Below are positions 18,012 through 27,604 of a DNA stretch of 64,000 nt, piece by piece. A program made the position numbers and the translations under genes. Origin of the DNA: Deferrisomatales bacterium (lineage in GTDB: Bacteria > Desulfobacterota > Deferrisomatia > Deferrisomatales > JACRMM01). The notes beneath the pieces are model-generated. The model had not been told where the DNA came from and did not search any database. It saw only the letters and a program-made list of their open reading frames with translations. The DNA lies in the NCBI GenBank assembly GCA_033551855.1, contig JAWSUI010000010.1:1-64000 (forward strand), in the 5' to 3' direction. Within the stretch, counting starts at the first letter, position 1. Each line of letters begins with the position of its first letter.

Positions 18012-19483
18012 GGCCGCGCGCCACGGGGGTGCCGGCCCTCCGGGTCCGACCCGCGAACGAGGAAGGCGTTCGACCGGACGGCGCGTACGTCCTCTACTGG
18101 ATGACGGCGTACCGGCGCACTTCCTGGAGCTTCGCGCTCCAGCGGGCCGCGGGGTGGGCCCGGGAGCTGGGCCGGCCCCTCCTGGTCCTGGAGGCCCTCC
18201 GGTGCGACTACCCCCACGCCAGCGACCGCCTCCATCGCTTCGTCCTGGACGGGATGGAGGAGAACCGGGAGGGGTTTGGGCGGGCCGGGGTCTCCTACCA
18301 CCCTTACGTCGAGCCCGTACCCGGAGCCGGGAAGGGCCTCCTGGAAACCATGGCCCGCCGGGCCTGTGCCGTGGTCACCGACGACTCCCCGGCCTTCTTC
18401 CTGCCCCGCGTGGTGGACGCTGCCGCCTCGCGGCTCCCGGTGCTCCTGGAGGCCGTGGACTCCAACGGGCTCCTGCCCCTGCGAGCCGCCGACCGGGCCT
18501 TCGCGCGGGCCTTCGACTTCCGTCGCTTCCTGCAGCGCACGCTGCTGGAGCACCTGACCCTGCCGGAGACCGAGCCCCTGGCGGGGCTCCCCGGCCGGGC
18601 GGAGGTCCCGCGCGCCGTGGCCGAGCGGTGGCCCGGGGCCCCCGCCGCCCTCCTCCGCCGCGGCACCGACCTCCGGGACCTCCCCATCGACCACGCCGTA
18701 CCGCCGGGGCTCTCCCCCGGGGGCGAACGCCCGGCCCGGGAGCTCCTTCGCGCCTTCCTCCGGGACCGGCTCGACCGCTACGGCGAGGACCGAAACCACC
18801 CGGACCGGGACGCCACGAGCGGCCTCTCCCCCTACCTCCACTTCGGCCACGTCTCCGCCCACGAGGTCTTCGCCGCCGTCATGGCCCGGGAGGGGTGGTC
18901 CGAGGACCTGTTGGCGCCCAAGGCCACGGGCAAGCGCACCGGCTGGTGGGGCGTGGGGGCGTCGGCCGAGGCCTTCCTCGACCAGCTCGTCACGTGGCGG
19001 GAGCTGGGTTTCAACGGGTGTGCCCTGGGGCCGGCATGGGACCGCTACGAGAGCCTCCCCCCCTGGGCCCGGGCGACCCTGGAGCGCCACGCCGCCGACC
19101 CCCGCCCCTACCGTTACTCCCGGGAGGAGCTCGAGGCGGCCGCCACCCACGACCCCCTCTGGAACGCCGCCCAGACCCAGCTTCTCCGGGAGGGGCGGCT
19201 CCACAACTACCTGCGGATGCTCTGGGGCAAGAAGATCCTGGAGTGGAGCCCGGGGCCTCGGGAGGCCCTGGCAACCCTGCGGGAGCTCAACGACCGCTAC
19301 GCCGTCGACGGCCGGGACCCCAATTCCCTGACCGGAATCACGTGGTGCCTGGGGCGCTACGACCGGGCCTGGGGCCCCGAGCGCCCCGTCTTCGGCACCG
19401 TGCGCTACATGAGCTCGGAGAACACGGGCCGCAAGGTGGAGGTGCAGGACTACCGGGAGAGGTACGCGCCGCCCCAGCGCTGA
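18008..19483 (+). CDS. phr: Deoxyribodipyrimidine photolyase, class II
   Basis: YVLYWM, SGLSPYLHFG, THDPLWNAAQ, HNYLRMLWGKKILEW, DGRDPN. Confidence 0.92.
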   Translation: MRPRATGVPALRVRPANEEGVRPDGAYVLYWMTAYRRTSWSFALQRAAGWARELGRPLLVLEALRCDYPHASDRLHRFVLDGMEENREGFGRAGVSYHPYVEPVPGAGKGLLETMARRACAVVTDDSPAFFLPRVVDAAASRLPVLLEAVDSNGLLPLRAADRAFARAFDFRRFLQRTLLEHLTLPETEPLAGLPGRAEVPRAVAERWPGAPAALLRRGTDLRDLPIDHAVPPGLSPGGERPARELLRAFLRDRLDRYGEDRNHPDRDATSGLSPYLHFGHVSAHEVFAAVMAREGWSEDLLAPKATGKRTGWWGVGASAEAFLDQLVTWRELGFNGCALGPAWDRYESLPPWARATLERHAADPRPYRYSREELEAAATHDPLWNAAQTQLLREGRLHNYLRMLWGKKILEWSPGPREALATLRELNDRYAVDGRDPNSLTGITWCLGRYDRAWGPERPVFGTVRYMSSENTGRKVEVQDYRERYAPPQR

Positions 19484-19588
19484 GCCGGAAGCCCCCCCGC
19501 ATCGCACGACGGCGGCTCGCTCCCGGGCAGCGGCGCGGCGGGGGCTACCCTCCCCGCCGGACGGGCGTGCGCTCTGCGGCCCGGGCCC

Positions 19589-22336
19589 TCACCCGGCGTG
19601 ACGCGAGCCTCGCTCCCCGGTCGTCCGGGCCGGGGGAGCCAGCCGGCGAAACAGGGCCTTTTCCCCCTCCACCGCGAGGAAGAGCGCGAACCCGATCCCC
19701 AGCGGCACGACCCAGTGGCGCAGGGCGAGGGGCTCGGAGCCGAACCACAGGTTCAGGAAGGGGGCATAGACGAACGCCAGCTGGAGCACCGCCAGGGTGC
19801 TGACTGCGACCCAGACCGCCCGGTTGGCCAGGAGCGAGTCCCATCCAAGGCTCGACTCCCGCAGGAATCGGCTGTTGAGCAGGTAGAAGGCCTCCCCGCA
19901 GACCAGGGTGTTCACCGCCAGGGTGCGGGCCAACTCCACGGGCATGCCGAGCCTCTTCTCCACGACGAAGACGCCGATCGTCGCGCCTCCCATGAGGGCG
20001 GAGACGAAGGCGATGCGCCACAGGAAGTACCCCCCGAGGATCGGCGCCCCCGGCTCCCGAGGGGGGCGCGCCATCACACCCGGCTCGGACGGCTCGAAGG
20101 CCAGTGCCAGGGCCAGGGTAACGGCGGTGACCATGTTGACCCACAGGATCTGCACCGGCGTCAGGGGAAGGGCCATCCCCAGGGCCACCGCCACGAAGAT
20201 CACGAGTGCTTCCGCCCCGTTGGTGGGCAGGATGAAGAGGATGGCCTTTCGGAGGTTGTCGTAGATCGTGCGCCCCTCCTCCACGGCCCGTTCGATGGTA
20301 GCGAAGTTGTCGTCGGCCAGGACGATGTCGGCCGCCGCCTTGGTCGCCTCGGTGCCCTTGATGCCCATCGCGACGCCCACGTCGGCCCGTTTGAGCGCCG
20401 GGGCGTCGTTGACGCCGTCGCCCGTCATGGCGACGACCTCGCCGTTGGCCTGAAGCGCCTTCACGAGCCGCAGTTTGTGCTCGGGGCTCGTGCGGGCGAA
20501 GATGTCGTTGCCGTCCACCAGGCGGCGCAGTTCCTCGTCCGAGGCCGCCTCGAGCTCTGCGCCGGTCACGGCACGATTCCCGTCACCGATCCCCATTTCC
20601 CGCCCGATGGCGCAGGCCGTTCCCGCGTGGTCCCCGGTGATCATCTTCACCCGGATGCCGGCCTGCCGGCAGAGGCCGATGGCGCGGATGGCCTCGGGCC
20701 TCGGCGGGTCGACGATCCCCACGAGACCCAGGAAGCGCAGGCCCCCCTCGAGATCCCCCATGCCGAGGTCGGCTTTTCCCGGAGGAGGCTCGGCGGAGGC
20801 GGCGGCCAGGACCCGCAGCCCCTCGGCGCCGAGCTCCTCGACCTGCTCTTCCCAGAACGACCGGTCCAGGGGCTCCGGCTCCCCGTCGGCTCCCCGCTGC
20901 TCGCCGCAGCGGTCGAACAGGCGGTCGGGGGCTCCCTTCACGAGGATCCTCCGGCCGTTTCCAGGCAACCGGTTCAGGGTGGCCATGAGCTTCGTCTCGG
21001 AGTCGAAGGGCACGAGCCCCAGGCGCCGGTAGCCTTCCCTATCGAAGCCGCCCTTACGCGCGAGGGTCAGGAGGGCGCCCTCCGTGGGCTCTCCGGTCAC
21101 GGTCCACTGGCCCTCCTGCCGGGCGATCTCCGACTCGTTGCACACCGCCAGGGCTTCCACGAGAGCCTCCAGATCCCCCCGGGCCCCCAGCCGGACCTCC
21201 TCTCCCCCGAGGGAGATCCCACCCTCCGGGGCATACCCCGTCCCGGACACCTCGTACCGACCCCCAGGGGTCACGGCGCGCCGGACCGTCATCTCGTTCT
21301 TCGTGAGGGTTCCGGTCTTGTCCGAGCAGATGACCGTCACCGAACCCAGGGTCTCCACGGCGTCGAGCCGGCGGGTGATGGCCTTGTGCTGCGCCATGCT
21401 CTGGACGCCGATAGCCAGGGTGATGGTGAGGATCGCCGGGAGCCCCTCGGGGATTGCCGCCACCGCGAACCCGATGGCGGCGAAGAAGAGCTCGTCCATC
21501 GTGAAGTCGTGCAGCCACCACCCCGCGAGGAACATGAGGCCCGCCAGTCCGACGATCCCGACGGAGAGCAGTTTCCCGAAGCGGACCATCTGCCGCGTGA
21601 GGGGCGTCGCCAGCGTCTCCACCTCGGAGATCATCCGGTCGATGCGGCCGAGCTCCGTGACCGCCCCGGTGGCGGTGACCACGCCGACCCCCCGGCCGGC
21701 GGCCACCATGGAGCCGGAGTAGGCCATCCCGTGGCGATCTCCCACCCCGGCGTCGGGGGCTGCCGGAGCGGTGTCCTTCTCCGCGGGCACCGACTCCCCG
21801 GTGAGCGCGGACTCCTCGATGCGCAGGTTCACCGCCTCTACCAGCCGGAGGTCCGCCGGCACGCGGTCGCCGGGGCGCAGGCGGACGAGGTCCCCCGGCA
21901 CCAGGTCTTCCGCCTCCAGGTCGACCCACTCCCCGTCCCTCCTCGCGTGGGCGTGGAGGGAGAGCATCTTGCGGATGCCCTCCAGGGCCTGCTCCGCCTT
22001 GCCCTCCTGGATGAAGCCGATGACCGCGTTCACCACCACGACGCCGAGGATCACGCCGGTGTCGATCCAGTGCCCCAGGAGCGCCGTGATCGTGCCCGCC
22101 GCGATCAGGATGTAGATCAGGACATCGTGGAAGTGCCTGAGAAACCTCCTCAGGAGACCCTCTTTTTCGGGAGACGGCAGGCGGTTGGGCCCGAAGGACT
22201 CCAACCGCCGCCCGGCCTCCTCCGTCGAGAGGCCGTCGGGTCCGCTCCCCAGCCGCTCCCGGACCTGTTCGGCCGGAAGGCTGTGGGGGGCATCCACGGA
22301 ATCCACACGCGTGGCGGGTTCTGCCGCGGGCTTCAT
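19589..22336 (-). CDS. Cation-transporting P-type ATPase (type II, Ca2+/CtpF-like)
   Basis: TGES, IPEGLP, DKTGTLT, KGAPD, MITGD, TGDGVNDAPAL. Confidence 0.95.
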   Translation of the reverse strand: MKPAAEPATRVDSVDAPHSLPAEQVRERLGSGPDGLSTEEAGRRLESFGPNRLPSPEKEGLLRRFLRHFHDVLIYILIAAGTITALLGHWIDTGVILGVVVVNAVIGFIQEGKAEQALEGIRKMLSLHAHARRDGEWVDLEAEDLVPGDLVRLRPGDRVPADLRLVEAVNLRIEESALTGESVPAEKDTAPAAPDAGVGDRHGMAYSGSMVAAGRGVGVVTATGAVTELGRIDRMISEVETLATPLTRQMVRFGKLLSVGIVGLAGLMFLAGWWLHDFTMDELFFAAIGFAVAAIPEGLPAILTITLAIGVQSMAQHKAITRRLDAVETLGSVTVICSDKTGTLTKNEMTVRRAVTPGGRYEVSGTGYAPEGGISLGGEEVRLGARGDLEALVEALAVCNESEIARQEGQWTVTGEPTEGALLTLARKGGFDREGYRRLGLVPFDSETKLMATLNRLPGNGRRILVKGAPDRLFDRCGEQRGADGEPEPLDRSFWEEQVEELGAEGLRVLAAASAEPPPGKADLGMGDLEGGLRFLGLVGIVDPPRPEAIRAIGLCRQAGIRVKMITGDHAGTACAIGREMGIGDGNRAVTGAELEAASDEELRRLVDGNDIFARTSPEHKLRLVKALQANGEVVAMTGDGVNDAPALKRADVGVAMGIKGTEATKAAADIVLADDNFATIERAVEEGRTIYDNLRKAILFILPTNGAEALVIFVAVALGMALPLTPVQILWVNMVTAVTLALALAFEPSEPGVMARPPREPGAPILGGYFLWRIAFVSALMGGATIGVFVVEKRLGMPVELARTLAVNTLVCGEAFYLLNSRFLRESSLGWDSLLANRAVWVAVSTLAVLQLAFVYAPFLNLWFGSEPLALRHWVVPLGIGFALFLAVEGEKALFRRLAPPARTTGERGSRHAG

Positions 22337-22508
22337 GATCGTCCGTGCTCCTGGGAAGCCGAGGGACTCGCAGTAGGCTCCCGACCCCGAGGCGGGCCGA
22401 GCCCGTGCCCTCGAGGGGACGGGCCCGGGAAGGGCCGCGGGTTGTCGATCGGGACCCCCCCGCAAGCACTGTAACGGCTTGGCGCGGGAACACAAGGTCC
22501 CCCGGGCT

Positions 22509-22718
22509 CCTGGATCCGCCGACTGGCACGTGCTCGGGGTCGGGGAACCCCGCCGCTCCGCCCCGCAATTCGGGCTGCCGGGACGAGGGGTTGGCGAGGA
22601 AGCGGGTGCGCCCGGCTTCCCCCTTTTTTCGGGCCTGGGTCTATCGGTCGAGGCGGTACGGGGCTGCGCTCCACGGCTCCCCGACCCCGCCCGGACGTCT
22701 GGCGGCTGGGACTCCGGG
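22509..22718 (+). repeat. Family A palindromic intergenic repeat, copy A3
   Basis: CGGGGTCGGGGAACC (22535) / GGCTCCCCGACCCCG (22675); shares GAGGCGGTACGGGGCTGC with A4. Confidence 0.75.
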
Positions 22719-22790
22719 CCCCTTGGACAGCGGCCTCCCGGCCGCGCACAATGCCTTCGTGCCGGACCCGAGTGCACCGGGGAGAGCCCT

Positions 22791-24851
22791 GTGACCGATC
22801 TGTTGCGCGACCGCCGCGACGACCTCACCCGGCAGGCCCTCCTGCGCGCCCGCAGCGAGGCCGAGGCCTACCTGGAGGAGGAGGAGCGCCGTCGCCCGTC
22901 CCACGCCGCCCGGGTCGCCGCGTGGAGGGCGGAGCTCGCCCGCTTTCCGGCCCGGCTCGCGGAGGAAGAGGCCCGGGTGGCGTTCGTGGGCGCCGTGAAG
23001 TCCGGAAAGTCCACCCTCGTGAACAGCCTGCTGGGCGAGGATCTGTTGCCCCGGGGGGCGGGCATCCTCACCGCCCAGGTGACCGAGGTCCGGACCGGCC
23101 CCAGGTTTCGGGTCACGGCCGAGTGGAAGTCCGCGGAGGAGGTGAACCGGGGATTCTCGACGCACCTGGCGGCCCTGGGGATGCCCGGCCCGTGGGACGT
23201 GCGGTCGCAACGGCATCGGGAAACCGCCCTGCAGTCCGTCGGAGGAGCCCGATCCCCCCACACCCAGCCCCTGCGGGCGCTCCTCAGGGGCTGGGGGGAA
23301 GTCGGCTCCCGGCTGGAGAGTGCGCGGCGGATCGAGGAGAGCGGGGAGGTAGCCGCCCTCCACCGCTGGGCCGGCCGGGACGAGACGGCCCTGTACCTGG
23401 CTGGTTTGCGGGTCGAGGTTCCTTCCCCGGACCTCCCGGAAGGGCTCGTCCTGTTGGACTGTCAGGGGGCCGACGCATGGAACGCCGCCCACGGCCAGGA
23501 CCTGGAGGACGCCGTGCTCTCGGCCCACGCCCTGGTCTACGTCGTCTCCACCCGTGTCGGCCTCCGAGAGGCGGACTTTCGCTTCCTGGAGGCGCTGCGC
23601 GGGTACGGGATCCTGGAGCTCACCCGCTGCGCCGTGAACACGGACCTGGCAGAAGCCCGGGACCCCGTCCGACTGCGGGGAGTGGTGGAGACCGTGGCCC
23701 GGCAGCTGCGGGAGGCGGGTGTCCTTGGGGGCGTGTGGTCCTTTTCCGCCCTCCAGGGGCTGTTGGAGCGGCGAGACCTCCTCGACCCCGTCTCGGTCTC
23801 CCCTGGGGAACGCGGGCTCCTGGAGGCCTGGGCCCAGGGCAGCCCCTCCCTTGCGGCGGAGAGCCGGGAAGCCTTCGAGGCGTTTCGGGAACGCCTCTGG
23901 ACCGATGCCCGGTCGCAGCAACAGCGCCTCGTGCTGCAGCGCGCCCGGGCCGACCTGCGGCGCACGCTCGTGAGAGCGGCCCTGGACCTGCAATCCCCCG
24001 GTCTGGGCCGCGCCGCTTGGGGCGCCGAGAGCGTCGACGCCTTGGCGGCCTGGGCCCAGGAGCGCCTGGGGGAGGCGTCCCGGGGGCAGCGTCAGGCCCT
24101 CCGCCAGGCGGTGCGGGAGGAGTTCTCCCGCCGCCGGGCACCCCACCGGGCCGTCTGGGAGGAGAGGATCCGCGGCCTCGACCCGGATCCGGCGGGGGCC
24201 TGGGTCGAGGCCCGGGGTGACCCCGTGGCCGCGGGGGCGATCCTCCGGGCGCGTCTCGAGCACGGGGCCGCGGAGATCCTGGCCGAGACCGAGCCCCTAC
24301 GGATCAACGCGGCTCGAAACCTGGCCCTCCAGGCGCGGGGCGAGCTGGCCCGGAAGGGCGAGGCCGTTGCCGCCGAGGTGGCCGAAGTCCTGGCACGGGC
24401 CGGAGCCCCCGTCGGCACTCCCCCGGACCGCCGCGCCCTGGCACGGGAGATCACGGCCACCCGCAGGGTCCCCCTGTTCCGCCGCAGGGCTCCGGGGAGA
24501 GTGCCCGTCCCCGCGAGGGGGAGGCTCCGTGATGTCGTGGAAGCGGCGGGACGGGCGGTGGCCGGCCGCCTCCCGACGGGGAGCCGGCCCCTTGCGACCG
24601 CTGAGGCCGCCGCCCAGCGGGGGCTCCTCCTGCGCGGGTTGAGGCGCGCGTGGGACGCGTACCTGGACGAGCTCCTGGAGGACTGCCTGTTGGTGCATGT
24701 GGACGAGGCCGCCTCCCAGGTGTACAACCGCATCGCCTCCTGGGTGCTGTCCTGCACCGCCCCGGGCGGCACGCCGATCGCCTCGGCCCTCTCCCGCCTC
24801 GACGCGGATCCCGGAGCCGAGCCCCCGACAACCGGAGGAGGTTCCCCATGA
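22791..24851 (+). CDS. Dynamin-family GTPase
   Basis: G1 GAVKSGKSTLVNSLLG, G3-like LLDCQG, long helical C-terminus; GTG start chosen. Confidence 0.75.
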   Translation: MTDLLRDRRDDLTRQALLRARSEAEAYLEEEERRRPSHAARVAAWRAELARFPARLAEEEARVAFVGAVKSGKSTLVNSLLGEDLLPRGAGILTAQVTEVRTGPRFRVTAEWKSAEEVNRGFSTHLAALGMPGPWDVRSQRHRETALQSVGGARSPHTQPLRALLRGWGEVGSRLESARRIEESGEVAALHRWAGRDETALYLAGLRVEVPSPDLPEGLVLLDCQGADAWNAAHGQDLEDAVLSAHALVYVVSTRVGLREADFRFLEALRGYGILELTRCAVNTDLAEARDPVRLRGVVETVARQLREAGVLGGVWSFSALQGLLERRDLLDPVSVSPGERGLLEAWAQGSPSLAAESREAFEAFRERLWTDARSQQQRLVLQRARADLRRTLVRAALDLQSPGLGRAAWGAESVDALAAWAQERLGEASRGQRQALRQAVREEFSRRRAPHRAVWEERIRGLDPDPAGAWVEARGDPVAAGAILRARLEHGAAEILAETEPLRINAARNLALQARGELARKGEAVAAEVAEVLARAGAPVGTPPDRRALAREITATRRVPLFRRRAPGRVPVPARGRLRDVVEAAGRAVAGRLPTGSRPLATAEAAAQRGLLLRGLRRAWDAYLDELLEDCLLVHVDEAASQVYNRIASWVLSCTAPGGTPIASALSRLDADPGAEPPTTGGGSP

Positions 24852-25411
24852 TCCAGGCATCCGACCTCAAGCGCGGCAACGTCATCCTGGCCGACGGCGC
24901 CCCCTGCCGGCTCCTGGAGGTGCAACAGCACGCCCCCACTGCCCGGGGCGCGAACCTCATGGTCAAGGTGCGATATCGGAACCTTCTCTCCGACCAGGTC
25001 TTGGACCGGACCTACCGGGGTGGGGACAAGGTCGAGGAGGCCGACTTCGAGCGCCGCAAGGGCCAGTTCCTGTATGCGTCCGCAGACGGCGGCGTCTTCA
25101 TGGACCTGGAGACCTATGAGCAGTTCGAGGTGGGCGCCGAGGCCTTCTCGGGGGTCCAGGGCTACCTCCTGGACGGCACCGAGGTGATGCTCGGGGTGTA
25201 CCAGGACCGGGTGGTGAGCGTAGACCCGCCGCAGGTGGTGGAGCTCACCGTCGTGGACACGCCCCCGGTGGTCAAGGGGGCCACCGCCCAGGCCCATGCG
25301 AAGGAGGCCCTCTGCGAGACGGGGCTGAGGGTCATGGTTCCCCCGTACCTCACCTCGGGCGAGAGGATCCGGGTCGACACCCGGGACGGGCACTTCGTGT
25401 CCCGGGCGTAG
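24848..25411 (+). CDS. efpL: Elongation factor P-like protein (EfpL/YeiP type)
   Basis: Loop PTARG (as in E. coli YeiP) rather than PGKG; FMDLETYEQ, PPVVKGATA, TGLRVMVP. Confidence 0.8.
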   Translation: MIQASDLKRGNVILADGAPCRLLEVQQHAPTARGANLMVKVRYRNLLSDQVLDRTYRGGDKVEEADFERRKGQFLYASADGGVFMDLETYEQFEVGAEAFSGVQGYLLDGTEVMLGVYQDRVVSVDPPQVVELTVVDTPPVVKGATAQAHAKEALCETGLRVMVPPYLTSGERIRVDTRDGHFVSRA

Positions 25412-25421
25412 GAGCGTCCGA

Positions 25422-26924
25422 GTGGGCGAAAGAGGGGTGCGGCAGGGGGAAGGGCGACGACGGGAGGCCGACGCGGGGGAGAGGTTGCCCGCGGGCCTCG
25501 TGACGCCGGAGGAGCTGCGCCTGTTGCTCTCCCCGGCCCCCGGGGCGGAGGGCTTCCCCGTGCTGCTCCTGGGCCCGGGTCCGGACCGGCTCGAGTCCGT
25601 CGCGAGCCTCCTTCGGGGTCGGGGCCTCGTCGTGACCCCGGCCGTCAACTGCTACGCGGCCCTGGACGCCCTCCGCCGCCGGCCCGGCGGCGGTGTCGTC
25701 GCATTCGCCGGCAGCCTGCCCCCCGACGTGGGCTGGTACCTGGACCGCCTGCGTGCGATCGACCCCGGGGTTCGGGTGTGCCTGATCCGCGACGGCTCCC
25801 GCGAACCGCTGCCGGCCGGGGTACCTGCCGTGGGGCCCGACCTCCCCGGCGAGGAGGTCGACCGCCTCGTGAACGCCCTGGGTCCGGGCGCCCCGGGGGA
25901 GGCGGGCACGACGGAAACGGGAGCTGTCCCCGAAAGAACCCAGGGCCCGGACCCCTTCCTGGCGCTCCGGTTCCTTCTCGAAGCGCGGCTCGCGGGGCGC
26001 CCCGTCGAGGAGGGGCTCCTGCGGTGGGCCGCCGAGGACCCGGCGGTCCGGGGGTGGGTCGATCAGGAGGACCGGGGAGGCGAGCTGCGGCTGAGGGCGC
26101 GGGCCGCCGCCGGGGAAGACCGTGCCGGCATGCTCGCCGCTGTTCTGGACCGGTTGGGGGCCCTGGGGGGCCGGGTCCGCGAAGCCACCGCAGAGGGCCC
26201 CTTCGCGCTCTTCCCCCGAGGGGTAGGAGACGAGGGGGCCGTCGCCCTCTGGTTCCGGGAGGCCGCCGGCGCCGAATACCTGGCCCGAGGCCTCCACCTC
26301 CTGGGGCCCTTGCTCGCAGCAGTGCCGGACGGGCGTCCGGGCGGCGATCGGGACAGGCTCCTCTCTCTCCTGGGGTCCAAGATGGCGGCTGCCGAGCGCC
26401 GCGGGACCCGTTTGGGGCTCGTTGTCTTCGAGGGCGGACCGGAGGGGAGCCCGGTGCGCCTCTCCCGGATGGTCCGGGGGCTGCTGCGGGGAGGCGATTG
26501 GGTCGAGCCCCTCGGAACCCGGGTGTACGTGATCCTGGAGGAGCCGGAGCGAGGCGTCTTCCCCATCCTCGCGGCCCGCCTGCAGGAGCTCCCGGGGAGC
26601 GGCCGGCTCCGGGTGGCCGCCCTGGGATGGACACCCCTGGACGGCAGCGCTTCCCGCCTCCTGGAGAGAGCGGAAGAGACCCTGCGGAGCGGCGGCCGGG
26701 GAGAGTGGGTGCCGAGCTGCGAGGGCAGTCCCTCTCCGGGCCCGGATGCTCCGACGGGCCAGAATCCGCCGCCACATCGTGGGGCGGGGTCCGGGAGCCC
26801 CGCAGAGCAGCCCCGTACCGCCTCGGCCGAACCGAAGAGTCCGGCGCAAACGGGTGGATCACGGCGCACCGGGGACGGGTGGGACACCCCTTCGAATGGC
26901 CGCGGATTACGGGGCGAAACGTAG
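25422..26924 (+). CDS. Hypothetical signalling protein: degenerate REC-like N-terminus and degenerate GGDEF-like C-terminus
   Basis: Receiver-like beta/alpha N-terminus; LLRGGDWVEPLGTRVYVIL resembles a decayed GGDEF; the last ~55 codons read through repeat A4. Confidence 0.5.
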   Translation: MGERGVRQGEGRRREADAGERLPAGLVTPEELRLLLSPAPGAEGFPVLLLGPGPDRLESVASLLRGRGLVVTPAVNCYAALDALRRRPGGGVVAFAGSLPPDVGWYLDRLRAIDPGVRVCLIRDGSREPLPAGVPAVGPDLPGEEVDRLVNALGPGAPGEAGTTETGAVPERTQGPDPFLALRFLLEARLAGRPVEEGLLRWAAEDPAVRGWVDQEDRGGELRLRARAAAGEDRAGMLAAVLDRLGALGGRVREATAEGPFALFPRGVGDEGAVALWFREAAGAEYLARGLHLLGPLLAAVPDGRPGGDRDRLLSLLGSKMAAAERRGTRLGLVVFEGGPEGSPVRLSRMVRGLLRGGDWVEPLGTRVYVILEEPERGVFPILAARLQELPGSGRLRVAALGWTPLDGSASRLLERAEETLRSGGRGEWVPSCEGSPSPGPDAPTGQNPPPHRGAGSGSPAEQPRTASAEPKSPAQTGGSRRTGDGWDTPSNGRGLRGET

Positions 26925-26970
26925 GGGCTTCCAGACCCTGCTTGCCGAGCAGGGTCGCGGGAGTCGTGGA
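26757..26970 (-). repeat. Family A palindromic repeat, copy A4 (inverted)
   Basis: Reverse complement aligns to A2 over ~190 bp; inner stem 26784-26801 / 26924-26941. Confidence 0.85.
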
Positions 26971-26983
26971 CGGGCGGGGAGGG

Positions 26984-27011
26984 TTGACGCGGCGCGTGGC
27001 CACGGTACTCT
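26984..27011 (+). promoter_or_regulatory. Putative sigma70 promoter for the P460-family gene
   Basis: TTGACG-16 bp-TACTCT. Confidence 0.45.
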
Positions 27012-27060
27012 GCTGCCGCAACGAGCCACCTTTCGGAAGACACACCCAAGGAGGAATGTC

Positions 27061-27573
27061 ATGAGAAGAGCCGCCCTCGCCCTGAGCTGTGCCATCACCC
27101 TCGCCCTCGCCCTGTCCCCCGGGGGCGCCGTCGGGCAGAAAGAGAAGGAGAAGGAAAAACGCGGGGAAGCCAAGGGGCAGACCGCCGAGCTCCCGAAGGG
27201 CTTCCGCGATTGGGTACACACCAAGTCCATGGTCATTCCCGACAAGACCCACGGCCTCTATGGCTTCCACAACATCTACGCGAACCCGCCCGCCCTGAAG
27301 ACCCTGAAGGCCGGGGGCACCTACCCGGAGGCGTCGATCTTCGTGGCCTCCTTCTACGAGGTGGTGGATCGGGACGGGGCCGTCACTGCGGGGGACAAGC
27401 TCATGGACGTGGTGATGGTCAAGGACAAGAAAGCCACCGAGACCGGGGGATGGGCCTACTCCGCCTTCGGCCCCGACGGCAAGCCCCTGGCGGTGGACCC
27501 GGTGGCCGACTGCTACAACTGCCACACCTCCGTCCGGGACACGGACTACGTCTTCCACAGCTTCGTGGAGTAG
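27061..27573 (+). CDS. Cytochrome P460-family protein (probably c'-beta type)
   Basis: AGGAGG RBS; signal peptide; FRDW, FHNIYAN, VMVKD, GGW, C-terminal CYNCH, DYVF. Confidence 0.85.
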   Translation: MRRAALALSCAITLALALSPGGAVGQKEKEKEKRGEAKGQTAELPKGFRDWVHTKSMVIPDKTHGLYGFHNIYANPPALKTLKAGGTYPEASIFVASFYEVVDRDGAVTAGDKLMDVVMVKDKKATETGGWAYSAFGPDGKPLAVDPVADCYNCHTSVRDTDYVFHSFVE

Positions 27574-27581
27574 CCGCGGCG

Positions 27582-27599
27582 GGCCCGCGAGCGCGGGCC
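27582..27599. terminator. GC hairpin between convergent genes
   Basis: GGCCCGCG-ag-CGCGGGCC; no U tract. Confidence 0.35.
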
Positions 27600-27604
27600 G
27601 TTCG

